A stretch of DNA of 64,000 nt from an uncultured Bacillota bacterium (GTDB taxonomy: Bacteria; Sysuimicrobiota; Sysuimicrobiia; Sysuimicrobiales; Segetimicrobiaceae). The position numbers and the translations under genes are program-made. Within the stretch, counting starts at the first letter, position 1. Every line of letters begins with the position of its first letter. The stretch covers positions 48,774-112,773 of the forward strand of contig CAWBBU010000012.1 of NCBI GenBank assembly GCA_963787105.1. Reading direction: 5' to 3'. The notes beneath the pieces were generated by a model. The model had not been told where the DNA came from. It saw only the letters and a list, made by a program, of their open reading frames with translations, and did no database searches. Below are positions 49,931 to 58,929 of this stretch, in pieces.

Positions 49931-51109
49931 ATGCCGGACACGGCGGTGGCGGACGGGCAGCGGCCCCCCCGGTCGGCCGAGGCGTCGGGACCGTTGGGGC
50001 GCCTTCGGGACGGCCTCTTTCGCCTGGCGGTGCACACCACGAGCGCGCATCTCGCGCGCCACGCGGGCGCGATTGTCGCGCGGTGGCACGCGTCGCTTCG
50101 GGACACGGTGCCTCGCTATCGCGACGCCGCGGAAACCTCCGCGTGGGGCGTCGAGGAGCTGCGGGTGCTGCTCGCGGTGGCCCGCGCCTGGACCGTGGGG
50201 GAGCAGGCCGAGGCGCGCGAGGCGGTGTTCCGCACCGCGCGCGCGGTCGCCGGCGAACAGCTGCGGGGCGGGTTTTCGCTCGCGGAGATCCAGCAGGCGC
50301 TCGCCCTGTTTCGTCTGGCCGTGCTGGGAGAGATTCAGCGCATGCTTCGCCGGCGTCTCTGGCTTGCGTTTCCATGGGACGTCATGCGCGTCGCGGACCG
50401 GCTGAACGAGGCGATCGATCTGGAGCTGCTGGCGATCGGCCAAGCGTATCTCGACGAGCGCGCGGAGGTGATCCGCGAGCGGGAGCAGGAGCTCGTCGCC
50501 GGGAACGAGCAGCTGCGGACCCTGCTTCAGGAGATGCACCACCGCATCAAGAACAATCTGCAGACCTTGGCCGATCTGCTCTACCTCGAAGGGCAGGAGG
50601 CGGGGTCGGCCGAGGTCCGCGACCGGCTGCGCGACAGCCTCGCCCGCGTGAAGAGCATCGCCACGGTGCACCGCCTCTTGTCGCTCGATCACATCGGCGA
50701 AGCCGACGCGCGGCGGCTCGCCGAAGCGATCGCGGCCACCGTCTGCCGCGACCTCGGGACGCCCCGGACCCAGGTCGAGGTCCGGGTGGACGGGGCGGCG
50801 GTCCTGCTTCCGAGCAAGCAGGCGACCTCGCTCGCGCTGGTGCTCGGGGAATTGATCGCGAACGCGATGGAGCATGCGTTCGTCGGGCGGCCGCACGGCG
50901 CGATCGCGGTGACCCTCGACGAGCACGACGGCGAGATTGGGCTGGTCGTCCGCGACGACGGCGTCGGCCTCCCCGTCGGGCTCGATCCTCAGCAGGTCGA
51001 CAGCCTCGGGCTGTCGATCGTGCGCACCCTGGTCTCGCGGGACCTCGGCGGCCGCCTGCGCATGTGGGTCGACGGCGGGACGGTCGCGGAGGTCACGTTT
51101 CGCCGATGA
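49931..51109 (+). CDS. Sensor histidine kinase, HisKA_2-type (PdtaS-like)
   Basis: The H-box is EMHHRIKNNLQTLADLLYLEG. The HATPase region is LVLGELIANAMEHAF...VRDDGVGLP...DSLGLSIVRTLV. No TM helices are evident. Confidence 0.75.
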   Translation: MPDTAVADGQRPPRSAEASGPLGRLRDGLFRLAVHTTSAHLARHAGAIVARWHASLRDTVPRYRDAAETSAWGVEELRVLLAVARAWTVGEQAEAREAVFRTARAVAGEQLRGGFSLAEIQQALALFRLAVLGEIQRMLRRRLWLAFPWDVMRVADRLNEAIDLELLAIGQAYLDERAEVIREREQELVAGNEQLRTLLQEMHHRIKNNLQTLADLLYLEGQEAGSAEVRDRLRDSLARVKSIATVHRLLSLDHIGEADARRLAEAIAATVCRDLGTPRTQVEVRVDGAAVLLPSKQATSLALVLGELIANAMEHAFVGRPHGAIAVTLDEHDGEIGLVVRDDGVGLPVGLDPQQVDSLGLSIVRTLVSRDLGGRLRMWVDGGTVAEVTFRR

Positions 51110-51687
51110 GCGGCGCCGCGCGGATTCTGATCGCGGACGACGAGGCGATCCGTCTCATGGCACTCAAGCGGCAGCTCGCCACGCTGGGCATGGACGTCGT
51201 GGCCGAGGCCACGACGGGCCGCGAGGCCGTGGCGCTCGCGCGCGATACCGCGCCGGATCTCGCGATCCTCGACATCAAGATGCCGGAACTGGACGGGATC
51301 GAGGCGGCGCGGGCGATCACGCGGGCGCGGCCGATCCCGATCATCCTCCTGACCGCGTACTCCGATCAGGGCCTGATCGAGCGGGCGGCGGCGGCGGGGG
51401 TGTTCGCCTATCTCGTGAAGCCCGTCGGTGAAGAGGATCTCTTGCCCGCCATCTTGACCGCCCGGACGCGCTTCCGCGAGTTCCAGGAGCTGCGCGGCGA
51501 GGTCGCGTCGCTCGGCGACGCGCTCGAGGCGCGGAAGGTGATCGAGCGCGCGAAGGGCATGCTGATGGACCGGTTTCGCCTGAGCGAAGCGGAGGCGTTT
51601 CGCCGGATGCAGATTCAGAGCCAGCGCGAGAACAAGCGCCTGGTCGAGATCGCGCGGGCGCTGATCGAGTCGTTCCCCACGCCGTGA
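51109..51687 (+). CDS. Response regulator with an ANTAR RNA-binding output domain (PdtaR/AmiR-like)
   Basis: The receiver region is ILIADDEAIRLMALKRQL...DLAILDIKMPELDGIEAA. The ANTAR region is LEARKVIERAKGMLMDRFRLSEAEAFRRMQIQSQRENKRLVEIARALI. The ATGA start overlaps the kinase stop. Confidence 0.8.
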   Translation, partial: SGAARILIADDEAIRLMALKRQLATLGMDVVAEATTGREAVALARDTAPDLAILDIKMPELDGIEAARAITRARPIPIILLTAYSDQGLIERAAAAGVFAYLVKPVGEEDLLPAILTARTRFREFQELRGEVASLGDALEARKVIERAKGMLMDRFRLSEAEAFRRMQIQSQRENKRLVEIARALIESFPTP

Positions 51688-51887
51688 GGCCGCGTCCGCG
51701 GCGGACGCGCACCATTGGGGGCCGCGCGCCGTTCCCCGTGTGGATCGGGCTCGCCGGAAAGGACCCTCGCCGCGGTGGCCCCGCCGCCCGAGGACGGTCC
51801 CGGAGGCGATGTCGGGGCCCGCGGGAACGAAGGCCGCCGCCCGCGTCGCTTCGCCGATAGTGTATAATCACAGCGCGGAGGTGCGTC

Positions 51888-52070
51888 ATGAGTGCAAAAG
51901 TGTGGGAGCTTCTTATCGTATTGGTGATCGTCATCCTGCTGTTCGGGCCGAGCCGGCTCGCCGGCCTGGGCGGAGCCGTCGGCAAGGCGATGAAGGATTT
52001 CAAGGACGCCACGAAGCCCGAGGACTCGACGTCCACGCCCTCCGATAAGGGCACGGGGCAGAAGAGCTGA
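51888..52070 (+). CDS. tatA: Twin-arginine translocase subunit TatA/E
   Basis: The product is MSAKVWELLIVLVIVILLFGPSRLAGLGGAVGKAMKDFKDATKPEDS. Confidence 0.85.
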   Translation: MSAKVWELLIVLVIVILLFGPSRLAGLGGAVGKAMKDFKDATKPEDSTSTPSDKGTGQKS

Positions 52071-52216
52071 CCGCCGAGGCGGGACGCGTTCCAACGCGGC
52101 GTCGAAGGGACCCTCGGCGCGAAGGCGTCGAAGCCGGGGAGCAGTCGCTGGCTGCTCCTCGTTTCATTTGTCCGTCGGCCGCCGGCCCGCGGCGCGCGGC
52201 GGCGAGGGGGTGAGCG

Positions 52217-52486
52217 GTGGCACGCGTGGCCAAGCGCACGCGCGAGCCGTGGTGGCTCTTGGTCGTGATCGTGATCGCGGGGGCGATGCTGGGGAGCGTC
52301 TTCGCGGACGCGGTCGGCCAGTTTACGTATCTCGCGCCGCTTGGACACTCCGTGGCGTTCGGGGTCGATCCTCCCATCACGCTGGATCTGCGCGTGCTGA
52401 CGCTGACGCTTGGGTTCACGATTCGATTGAACCTCGCGATTGTGGCTGGTATAATCGCCGCGGTCTTCCTGTTCCGCGTGTTGTGA
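52217..52486 (+). CDS. DUF4321-family small membrane protein
   Basis: The product includes LLVVIVIAGAMLGSVFADAVGQFTYLAPLGHSVAFGVDPPITLDLRVLTLTLGFTIRLNLAIVAGIIAAVFLFRVL. This family is typically encoded next to radC/mreB in Firmicutes-like genomes. Confidence 0.6.
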   Translation: MARVAKRTREPWWLLVVIVIAGAMLGSVFADAVGQFTYLAPLGHSVAFGVDPPITLDLRVLTLTLGFTIRLNLAIVAGIIAAVFLFRVL

Positions 52487-52632
52487 CGGCGAGGCAGGAG
52501 GGCGCGAGGGGTGGGGACGGCGCGGCCGCGGCTGGCGTCGACCTTGCCCCATTCTTGTTGTCTGGGGGCCGTGCGTGCGCCGTGCGGCGAGCGCGTCACA
52601 CGGCTGGGCCCGCCCGGGCCTCGGGTGCGTCG

Positions 52633-53349
52633 ATGGACCAAGAGCGGCATCGGATGCGAGACCTTCCTGAAGAGATCCGCCCGCGCGAGCGGCTGCTGCG
52701 CCAGGGTGCCTCCGCGCTGAGCAGCGCGGAGCTCGTGGCACTGTTGCTGCGCACGGGCACGCCGGCGCGGACGGCCCTGGAGGTCGCGACCGAGCTCATG
52801 GGGAAGCACGGAACGCTCGACCGGCTGGCCAGCGCTACCCCGACGGAACTGCGTGCCACGCGCGGGATCGGCGAAGTGAAGGCGCTGCACCTGCTGGCCG
52901 CCTTCGAGCTCGGGCGCCGGCTGCGGGCCCTGCCGCCGCGGACGCGGCCGGTCATCCGCCGCCCCGCCGACGCGGCGGCGCTCGTGATGGACGCCCTGCG
53001 GTTCTGCGAGACCGAACAGTTTTGGGTGCTGCTGTTGAACACCCGGCACGAAGTGGTGGACCGAATTGAGATCGCGCGGGGCGGCTTGTCCAGCGCGCCC
53101 GTGCACCCACGGGACGTGTTTCGGGCCGCCGTCCGCGGGGGCGCTGCGGCGGTGATTTTGGTGCATAATCATCCGTCGGGGAATCCGTCCCCCAGCCGGA
53201 CGGACCTGGCGCTGACGCGCCGCCTCGACCGCGCGGGGCGCGTCATGGGGATCCCGGTGCTCGATCATCTGATTGTGGGAGACGGGCGGTATGTCAGCCT
53301 GAGGGAGCGCGGCGTCGCGTTCGGCTCCGCCCCTGGGGACGCGCCGTGA
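52633..53349 (+). CDS. radC: RadC-family (JAB/MPN domain) protein
   Basis: The product includes RPRERLLRQGASALSSAELVALLLRTGT...AVILVHNHPSGNPSPSRTDLALTRRL. Confidence 0.85.
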   Translation: MDQERHRMRDLPEEIRPRERLLRQGASALSSAELVALLLRTGTPARTALEVATELMGKHGTLDRLASATPTELRATRGIGEVKALHLLAAFELGRRLRALPPRTRPVIRRPADAAALVMDALRFCETEQFWVLLLNTRHEVVDRIEIARGGLSSAPVHPRDVFRAAVRGGAAAVILVHNHPSGNPSPSRTDLALTRRLDRAGRVMGIPVLDHLIVGDGRYVSLRERGVAFGSAPGDAP

Positions 53350-53392
53350 CCAGGTGGGGCTGGGAGTTCCGGGCGCGAGGGGAGCGTGAGGG

Positions 53393-54427
53393 ATGATCTT
53401 CGATAGTCTGTTCAGCCGGTTCACCCGGGATATGGGTGTGGATCTCGGCACCGCGAACACGCTCGTGTACGTGCGGCGTGAGGGGATCGTCCTGCGCGAG
53501 CCCTCCGTCGTCGCGAAGCGTGTGGACGGCGGCGAAGTGCTGGCGGTGGGCAACGAGGCGAAGCGGATGATCGGCCGCACGCCCGGCGATATCATCGCCA
53601 CCCGCCCGCTGCGGGACGGCGTGATCGCGGATTTCGATACCACCGCCTCGATGCTCTCGTATTTCATCAAGCGGGGCCTGCGCGGGCGCAGCCTGATGCG
53701 CCCCCGGGTCATCGTCGGGATTCCGAGCGGGGTCACCGAGGTCGAGAAGCGCGCCGTCGTCGACGCGACGCTCCACGCCGGCGCCCGCGAAGCGTATCTG
53801 ATTGAGGAACCGATGGCGGCCGCGATCGGCGCCGGGCTGCCGGTCTCCGAGCCGGTCGGCAGCATGGTCGTCGACATCGGCGGCGGCACCACGGAGGTCG
53901 CCGTGATCGCGCTCGGCGGCATTGTGACGGCGCGCAGCATCCGGGTCGCCGGCGACGAGATGGACGAATCGATCATCAACTACTCGCGCAAGGCGTATAA
54001 CTTGTTGATCGGCGAGCGCACCGCGGAGGAGATCAAGATCAAGGTCGGGTCGGCGTACCCGCAGAAAGAGGAGCAGTCGATCGAGGTGCGGGGGCGCGAT
54101 CTCGTGTCCGGGCTGCCGCGGACCGTACGGATGACCAGCACCGAGATCCGTGAAGCGATGGCCGAGCCCATCGCCTCGATCGTGGAGGCGGTCAAGATGA
54201 CGCTCGAGCGGACGCCGCCGGAGCTCGCGGCCGACATCGTCGACCGCGGCATCGTCATGGCGGGCGGCGGAGCGCTCCTGCGCGGGCTCGACCGCCTGCT
54301 CGGTGAGGAGACCGGGATGCCGGTGATGATCACGGATGATCCGCTCTCGAGCGTGGTGCTGGGGACCGGTCGGGCGCTCGAGGAGATCGAGACCCTCAAG
54401 AAGGTCTTGATCACGAGCAAGCGGTAG
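53393..54427 (+). CDS. mreB: Rod shape-determining protein MreB
   Basis: The product includes [29 protein letters not shown]...[13 protein letters not shown]...[14 protein letters not shown]. Confidence 0.95.
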   Translation: MIFDSLFSRFTRDMGVDLGTANTLVYVRREGIVLREPSVVAKRVDGGEVLAVGNEAKRMIGRTPGDIIATRPLRDGVIADFDTTASMLSYFIKRGLRGRSLMRPRVIVGIPSGVTEVEKRAVVDATLHAGAREAYLIEEPMAAAIGAGLPVSEPVGSMVVDIGGGTTEVAVIALGGIVTARSIRVAGDEMDESIINYSRKAYNLLIGERTAEEIKIKVGSAYPQKEEQSIEVRGRDLVSGLPRTVRMTSTEIREAMAEPIASIVEAVKMTLERTPPELAADIVDRGIVMAGGGALLRGLDRLLGEETGMPVMITDDPLSSVVLGTGRALEEIETLKKVLITSKR

Positions 54428-54440
54428 ACGTAGGGCCGCC

Positions 54441-55283
54441 GTGTCCTCGAACTCGCTGCACCGGCGCCGGCGCGTCGCGCTCTTCCTCGTGTTGTGCGTG
54501 GGCGCGCTCGCCGTGTTAACGGAGCAGCTGCGCGCCCCCGACCAGCGTCGGATCGGATGGGCGGGGCTCGCGGTCGAGATCGCGCTCGCCCCGATCACCG
54601 ACGCCGCGGCGCACGTGGGCAGCACGCTCGCGGGCGCGTGGTCGGCGCTGCATGAGATCGGAAGCCTGCGCACGGAGAACGCCCGTCTGGCCGCAGAAGT
54701 CGCCGCGCTGCGCCAGGAGAATGCCGCGCTGCGGCCCGCGGCGCAGGAGAACGACCGCCTTCGGGCGCTCCTCGGATTCAAACAGCAGCAGCCGCTCGAG
54801 ACCGTCGCGGCCCGGGTGATCGGGCGCGACCCGAGCGAATGGTTCAGCACCGTCCTCGTCGACCGCGGCAGCCGGGCCGGCGTGCGCCGGAACGACGCGG
54901 CCGTGACCGCGGACGGCGTCGTCGGCCATGTCATCGAGGTGGGCCCGGGGTGGGCGCGCGTTCTGCTGCTGCTCGACCCGCGGAGCGCGGTCGGCGTCGT
55001 CGTGGCGCGGTCGCGCGAGCCCGGCGTCGCGGAAGGTCAGGGCCAGCCGGCGCTGCGCATCCGATATCTGGCCCGGGACGCGGACGTGCAGCCGGGCGAT
55101 CAGATCGTGACGTCCGGCTTGGGCGAGATCTATCCGAAGAACCTCGTCGTGGGGACGATCCTGGGGGTGAGCCGCGGGGCGGGGGACATGTTCCAGGAAG
55201 CGGTGGTCCGTCCCGCCGCGGATCTCTTTCACCTCGAAGAACTCCTGATCATCACCCGCGGCTCGATCCCCTCCGCGCAATGA
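54441..55283 (+). CDS. mreC: Rod shape-determining protein MreC
   Basis: It has an N-terminal TM helix, a coiled coil (ENARLAAEVAALRQENAALR), and beta-domains (VVGHVIEVGPGWARVLLLLDPRSAVGVVV; GDQIVTSGLGEIYPKNLVVGTI). Confidence 0.85.
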   Translation: MSSNSLHRRRRVALFLVLCVGALAVLTEQLRAPDQRRIGWAGLAVEIALAPITDAAAHVGSTLAGAWSALHEIGSLRTENARLAAEVAALRQENAALRPAAQENDRLRALLGFKQQQPLETVAARVIGRDPSEWFSTVLVDRGSRAGVRRNDAAVTADGVVGHVIEVGPGWARVLLLLDPRSAVGVVVARSREPGVAEGQGQPALRIRYLARDADVQPGDQIVTSGLGEIYPKNLVVGTILGVSRGAGDMFQEAVVRPAADLFHLEELLIITRGSIPSAQ

Positions 55284-55786
55284 TCCGCGCGATCGTGTAC
55301 GTCGCACTCGCCGCCGTCGCCGCGGTGCTGCAGGCGACGTGGCTCGCCGGGTTTCACCCGGGCGGCGGAGGCGTGGACGTCGTCCTGCTGGTGGTGATGT
55401 CGGTCGGCCTGCTGCACGGCCCTGAAGAGGGGACGCTGATCGGCGCCGGCGCCGGGCTGCTGCAGGACGTGATGAACGGCGTCCCAATCGGGCTCGGCCT
55501 CGCCGCCAACCTGTGCGCGGGGTTCTGTGCGGGCATCGGCGAGGGGCGGCTGTATCTCGAGGACATCTGGCTGCCCGCGCTCGCGGGGTTTGTCCTGACG
55601 CTCGTGCGGAACGCCGTGTGGCTCGGCGTCGGCCACCTGGTGGGGCTCGTGACGGTTGAGCCGCTGGCCGCCGCGCGAATGATCGTGCTCTCGGCGTGCT
55701 ATAATGGCGTGGTTGCGATGCCGGTGTTTTACTGGTTCCGCCGGATGGATCGGGCGCTGGAGCGGACTTTCTCGCGCGCCCGCTGA
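55280..55786 (+). CDS. mreD: Rod shape-determining protein MreD
   Basis: It is a polytopic small membrane protein (MIRAIVYVALAAVAAVLQATWLAGFHPGGGGVDVVLLVVMSVGLLHGP). The ATGA start overlaps the mreC stop, in canonical position. Confidence 0.7.
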   Translation: MIRAIVYVALAAVAAVLQATWLAGFHPGGGGVDVVLLVVMSVGLLHGPEEGTLIGAGAGLLQDVMNGVPIGLGLAANLCAGFCAGIGEGRLYLEDIWLPALAGFVLTLVRNAVWLGVGHLVGLVTVEPLAAARMIVLSACYNGVVAMPVFYWFRRMDRALERTFSRAR

Positions 55787-55972
55787 CCGGACGGTAGACC
55801 GGAGCCGCTTCTTCTGACGTTGAGACGCCGCGTGGTGTTGTGTCCTGTGCCGGGGACGCCGCGGACCGTCCGGGTACCCGAATCCGCCCGGCGGCGCACG
55901 CCGGTGGTTCCTCTTGCGGCCCCGATCGCCGAGGGGTCCCGGTCGCGGTGCGTCCGCGGGAGGCGCGGATAG

Positions 55973-57752
55973 ATGGACCGTGATCGATTCGAGTACCGCC
56001 TCGCGGTCATCTTCGGCGTCGTCGTGACGCTCTTCGCCGTCCTCGCGATCCGCCTCTGGCAGGTGCAGATCGTTCAGGGTGACTATTTCGCGAGGCTGGC
56101 CGAGGAAAACCGGCTCCGGGTGACCCCGCTCTCCGCACCCCGCGGGGTCATCGTCGATCGCGCCGGCCACCCTCTCGTCGAGAACCGTCCCGCGTTTACC
56201 GTGGCCGTGCTGCCGCTGGAGTTTACGCACCCCGAGCGCGAGATCTCCCTCTTGGCCAGTCTGTTGACGATGGACCCCGATGAGGTGGCCCGGCGCGTCG
56301 CCTCGGGGCGCGACACGCCCTTCGCGCCGGTCCGGCTGCGCCGCGATGTGCCCGAGACGGTGGTGGCCGCCGTCGAGGAGAGCCAGATGGACCTGCCCGG
56401 CGTCATCGTGCAGGTGGAGCCGGTGCGGTACTACCCGTACCATGAGCTCGCGGCGCACCTGATCGGCTACCTCGGCGAGGCGAGCGATGCGGACCTGCGC
56501 GCCTCGCGTGCGGCGGGGTACGAGCCCGGCGAGCTCATCGGCAAGGACGGGATCGAGCGCGAATACGACCGCGATCTTCGCGGCCGCGACGGCGAGCTCC
56601 AGGCGGAGGTGGACGCGTTGGGGCGGCCGTCCCGGACGCTCCGGACGATTCCCGCCATACCCGGCAACACGCTCGTCCTCGGGCTCGACCTGGCGGCCCA
56701 ACAGGCCGCGGAAGAAGCCCTCGGCGACCGCGTCGGCGTCGTGATCGCGCTGGACCCGACGACCGGAGCGATCCGGGCGTTTGCGAGCCACCCGACGTTC
56801 GACCCCAACGTGTTCGCGACCGGGATCCCCGTCGCCGCATGGAACGCGCTGCTGCACGATCCCCGCCAGCCGCTGATCGACCGCGTGATTCAGGCCGCCT
56901 ACCCGACGGGCTCGGTGTTTAAGATCGTCACCGCGTCGGCGGCCCTCGATCTCGGGATTGTGAATCGCGACTCCGGCTTTTACGATCCCGGCTACTTCAG
57001 CTACGCCGGCCGGCGCTACCACGACAACGCCAACGAGTCGTTCGGCTCGATCAACTTCCTGACCGCGCTCGCGGTGTCCTCGAACGTCGTCTTCTGGACG
57101 ATCTCGCAGCCGGTGGGGGCCGACCATCTCTCCGAGTACGCGCACCGGTACGGACTCGGCGAGCGCACGGGCGTCGACTTGCCGAACGAGATCCCCGGCG
57201 TGATCCCGAGCCCCGCGTGGAAGCGGCGGGTGCTCGGCCAGCCGTGGTACGGCGGCGACACGCTGAACATGGCGATCGGGCAGGGCTACGTGCTGGTGCC
57301 GCCGATCCAGGCGGCGCGGATGGTGGCCGCGGTGGCCAACGGCGGCACGCGTCGTGACTCCCCATGTCGTCGTGGAAGTCCGCTCGCCCACCGGGACGCT
57401 CGTGCGGTCGATCGCGCCGCCTCCGGTCGGCGAAGTGCGCCTCCGTCCCGAGACCCTCGCCACGATCCGCGAGGGGCTCGCGGCCGTGGTGACCCGGGGG
57501 ACCGCGTCCTCGATCCAAATTCCGGGGCTGGCGGTCGCCGGGAAGACGGGCACCGCGGACAGTTCGCACGGCAAGCCCTACGCGTGGTTCGCCGGGTACG
57601 CGCCGGCGTCCGCGCCGACGCTGGTCGTCGTCGCGATGGTCGAGAACGCCGGGTACGGCGCCGAGTTTGCCGGCCCGATCGTCCAGCGCGTGTTCGAAGC
57701 GGCCTTCGGCCTGCCGCTGACGCCGATTCCCGCGGACCCGCCCAAGCCGTGA
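55973..57752 (+). CDS. mrdA: Penicillin-binding protein 2 (elongasome transpeptidase), with a frameshift near 57345
   Basis: The motifs are SVFKIVTASAALDLG, SSNVVFW and KTGTADSSHGKPYAWFAGYAP. The last roughly 135 aa are in a second frame (57354-57752). Confidence 0.85.
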
Positions 57753-58900
57753 ACGCCGTCGCCACCGCCGGGCACGCCGCCGCCGTCAGCGCCCCGGACG
57801 CGCGCGCCCGGCGTCTCGTCCGCTATCTCGACCCGCTGCTGATCGGCTCCACCGTGGCCCTCGTCGTGTTCGGCCTCGTGATGGTGTACAGCACCACGCG
57901 CTCCGGCCCGCACCCGCTCGCGTTCGTGGAAAGCCAGGCGCTGCATCTCATCGCCGGCGTCGTGATCGGCGTCGTGCTGCTCGCCGTCGACTACCGGGCA
58001 ATCGCCGCTTCGGCGCGGTGGCTCTACGTCGTGAACATCGTGCTCTTGGCCGCGGTCCTTGTCCTCGGACGGACGAGCCTCGGCGCGCAGCGGTGGATCG
58101 CGCTCGGCCCGCTCGGCGAGTTCCAGCCGTCCGAGTTTGCGAAGCTCGTGATCGTGATCACCCTCGCGAAGCACCTGGCCGACCGGCCGGGACCGTACGG
58201 CTCGGTCCGGGACCTCTTGCCGTTCCTCGGGCACATCGCGCTCCCAATGATCCTCATCTTCCGGCAGCCGGACCTCGGGACGGCGCTCGTGTACGGGGCC
58301 ATCTTCATCGGCATGCTGTACGCCGGCGGCGCGCGCCGTCGGGATCTCGCGCTGCTCGGCGCGGCGGCGCTCGCGCTCGCCCCGCTCCTGTGGCACCTCC
58401 TCAAGGAGTACCAGCGGCGGCGCCTGTTGGTGTTCCTGGATCCCTCCCTGGATCCGCTCGGGTCGGGGTACGGCATTCTCCAGTCGAAGATCGCGATCGG
58501 CAGCGGGCTGTTTTGGGGCAAGGGGTTGTTTGCCGGCTCGCAAAATATTCTGCAGTTCGTGCCGGAGAACCACACCGATTTCATCTTCTCGGTCGTCGGC
58601 GAGGAATTGGGGTTCGTGGGGGCGTGCCTTCTCCTCGGGCTGTTCCTCCTCTGGGTATGGCGGGGCACGCGGATCGCCGCGGCCGCGCGCGACCGGTTCG
58701 GCGCCCTGGTGGCCGTCGGGGTGGTGTCGATGGTCGCGTTTCACGTGTTCGTCAACGTCGGGATGACGGTCGGGATCATGCCCATCACCGGCATCCCGCT
58801 GCCGTTCATCAGTTACGGGGGCAGCGCCCTCATGACGATGCTGTGGGCGACGGCGCTCATTCTGAACATCGGCATGCGCCGTCAGAAGATCTTGTTCTGA
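57749..58900 (+). CDS. rodA: Peptidoglycan glycosyltransferase RodA (SEDS family)
   Basis: The product includes QPSEFAKLVIVITLAKHL...FRQPDLGTALV...ENHTDFIFSVVGEELGFVG...PITGIPLPFISYGGSALM. The GTGA start overlaps the mrdA stop. Confidence 0.9.
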   Translation: MNAVATAGHAAAVSAPDARARRLVRYLDPLLIGSTVALVVFGLVMVYSTTRSGPHPLAFVESQALHLIAGVVIGVVLLAVDYRAIAASARWLYVVNIVLLAAVLVLGRTSLGAQRWIALGPLGEFQPSEFAKLVIVITLAKHLADRPGPYGSVRDLLPFLGHIALPMILIFRQPDLGTALVYGAIFIGMLYAGGARRRDLALLGAAALALAPLLWHLLKEYQRRRLLVFLDPSLDPLGSGYGILQSKIAIGSGLFWGKGLFAGSQNILQFVPENHTDFIFSVVGEELGFVGACLLLGLFLLWVWRGTRIAAAARDRFGALVAVGVVSMVAFHVFVNVGMTVGIMPITGIPLPFISYGGSALMTMLWATALILNIGMRRQKILF

Positions 58901-58929
58901 GCGGAGCACCGCAAAGGAGCTCTCATCGT

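Noticed and set aside
48199-50926. 523-aa and 421-aa minus-strand ORFs opposite the MvhD, polyprenyl synthase and kinase genes
   Set aside because: They are antisense to conserved sense genes, with a low-complexity Arg/Pro/Gly composition.
48823-51687. 954-aa read-through ORF suggesting a giant fusion protein
   Set aside because: It is an artefact of a frame shift. It is really three genes (polyprenyl synthase, histidine kinase, ANTAR regulator) plus an out-of-frame leader.
52000-53979. 659-aa minus-strand ORF across tatA-radC-mreB
   Set aside because: It lies antisense to three conserved genes and has no motifs.
55229-58909. Two long minus-strand ORFs (781 and 443 aa) opposite mrdA/rodA
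   Set aside because: They are antisense artefacts. The plus-strand PBP2 and RodA carry all catalytic motifs.
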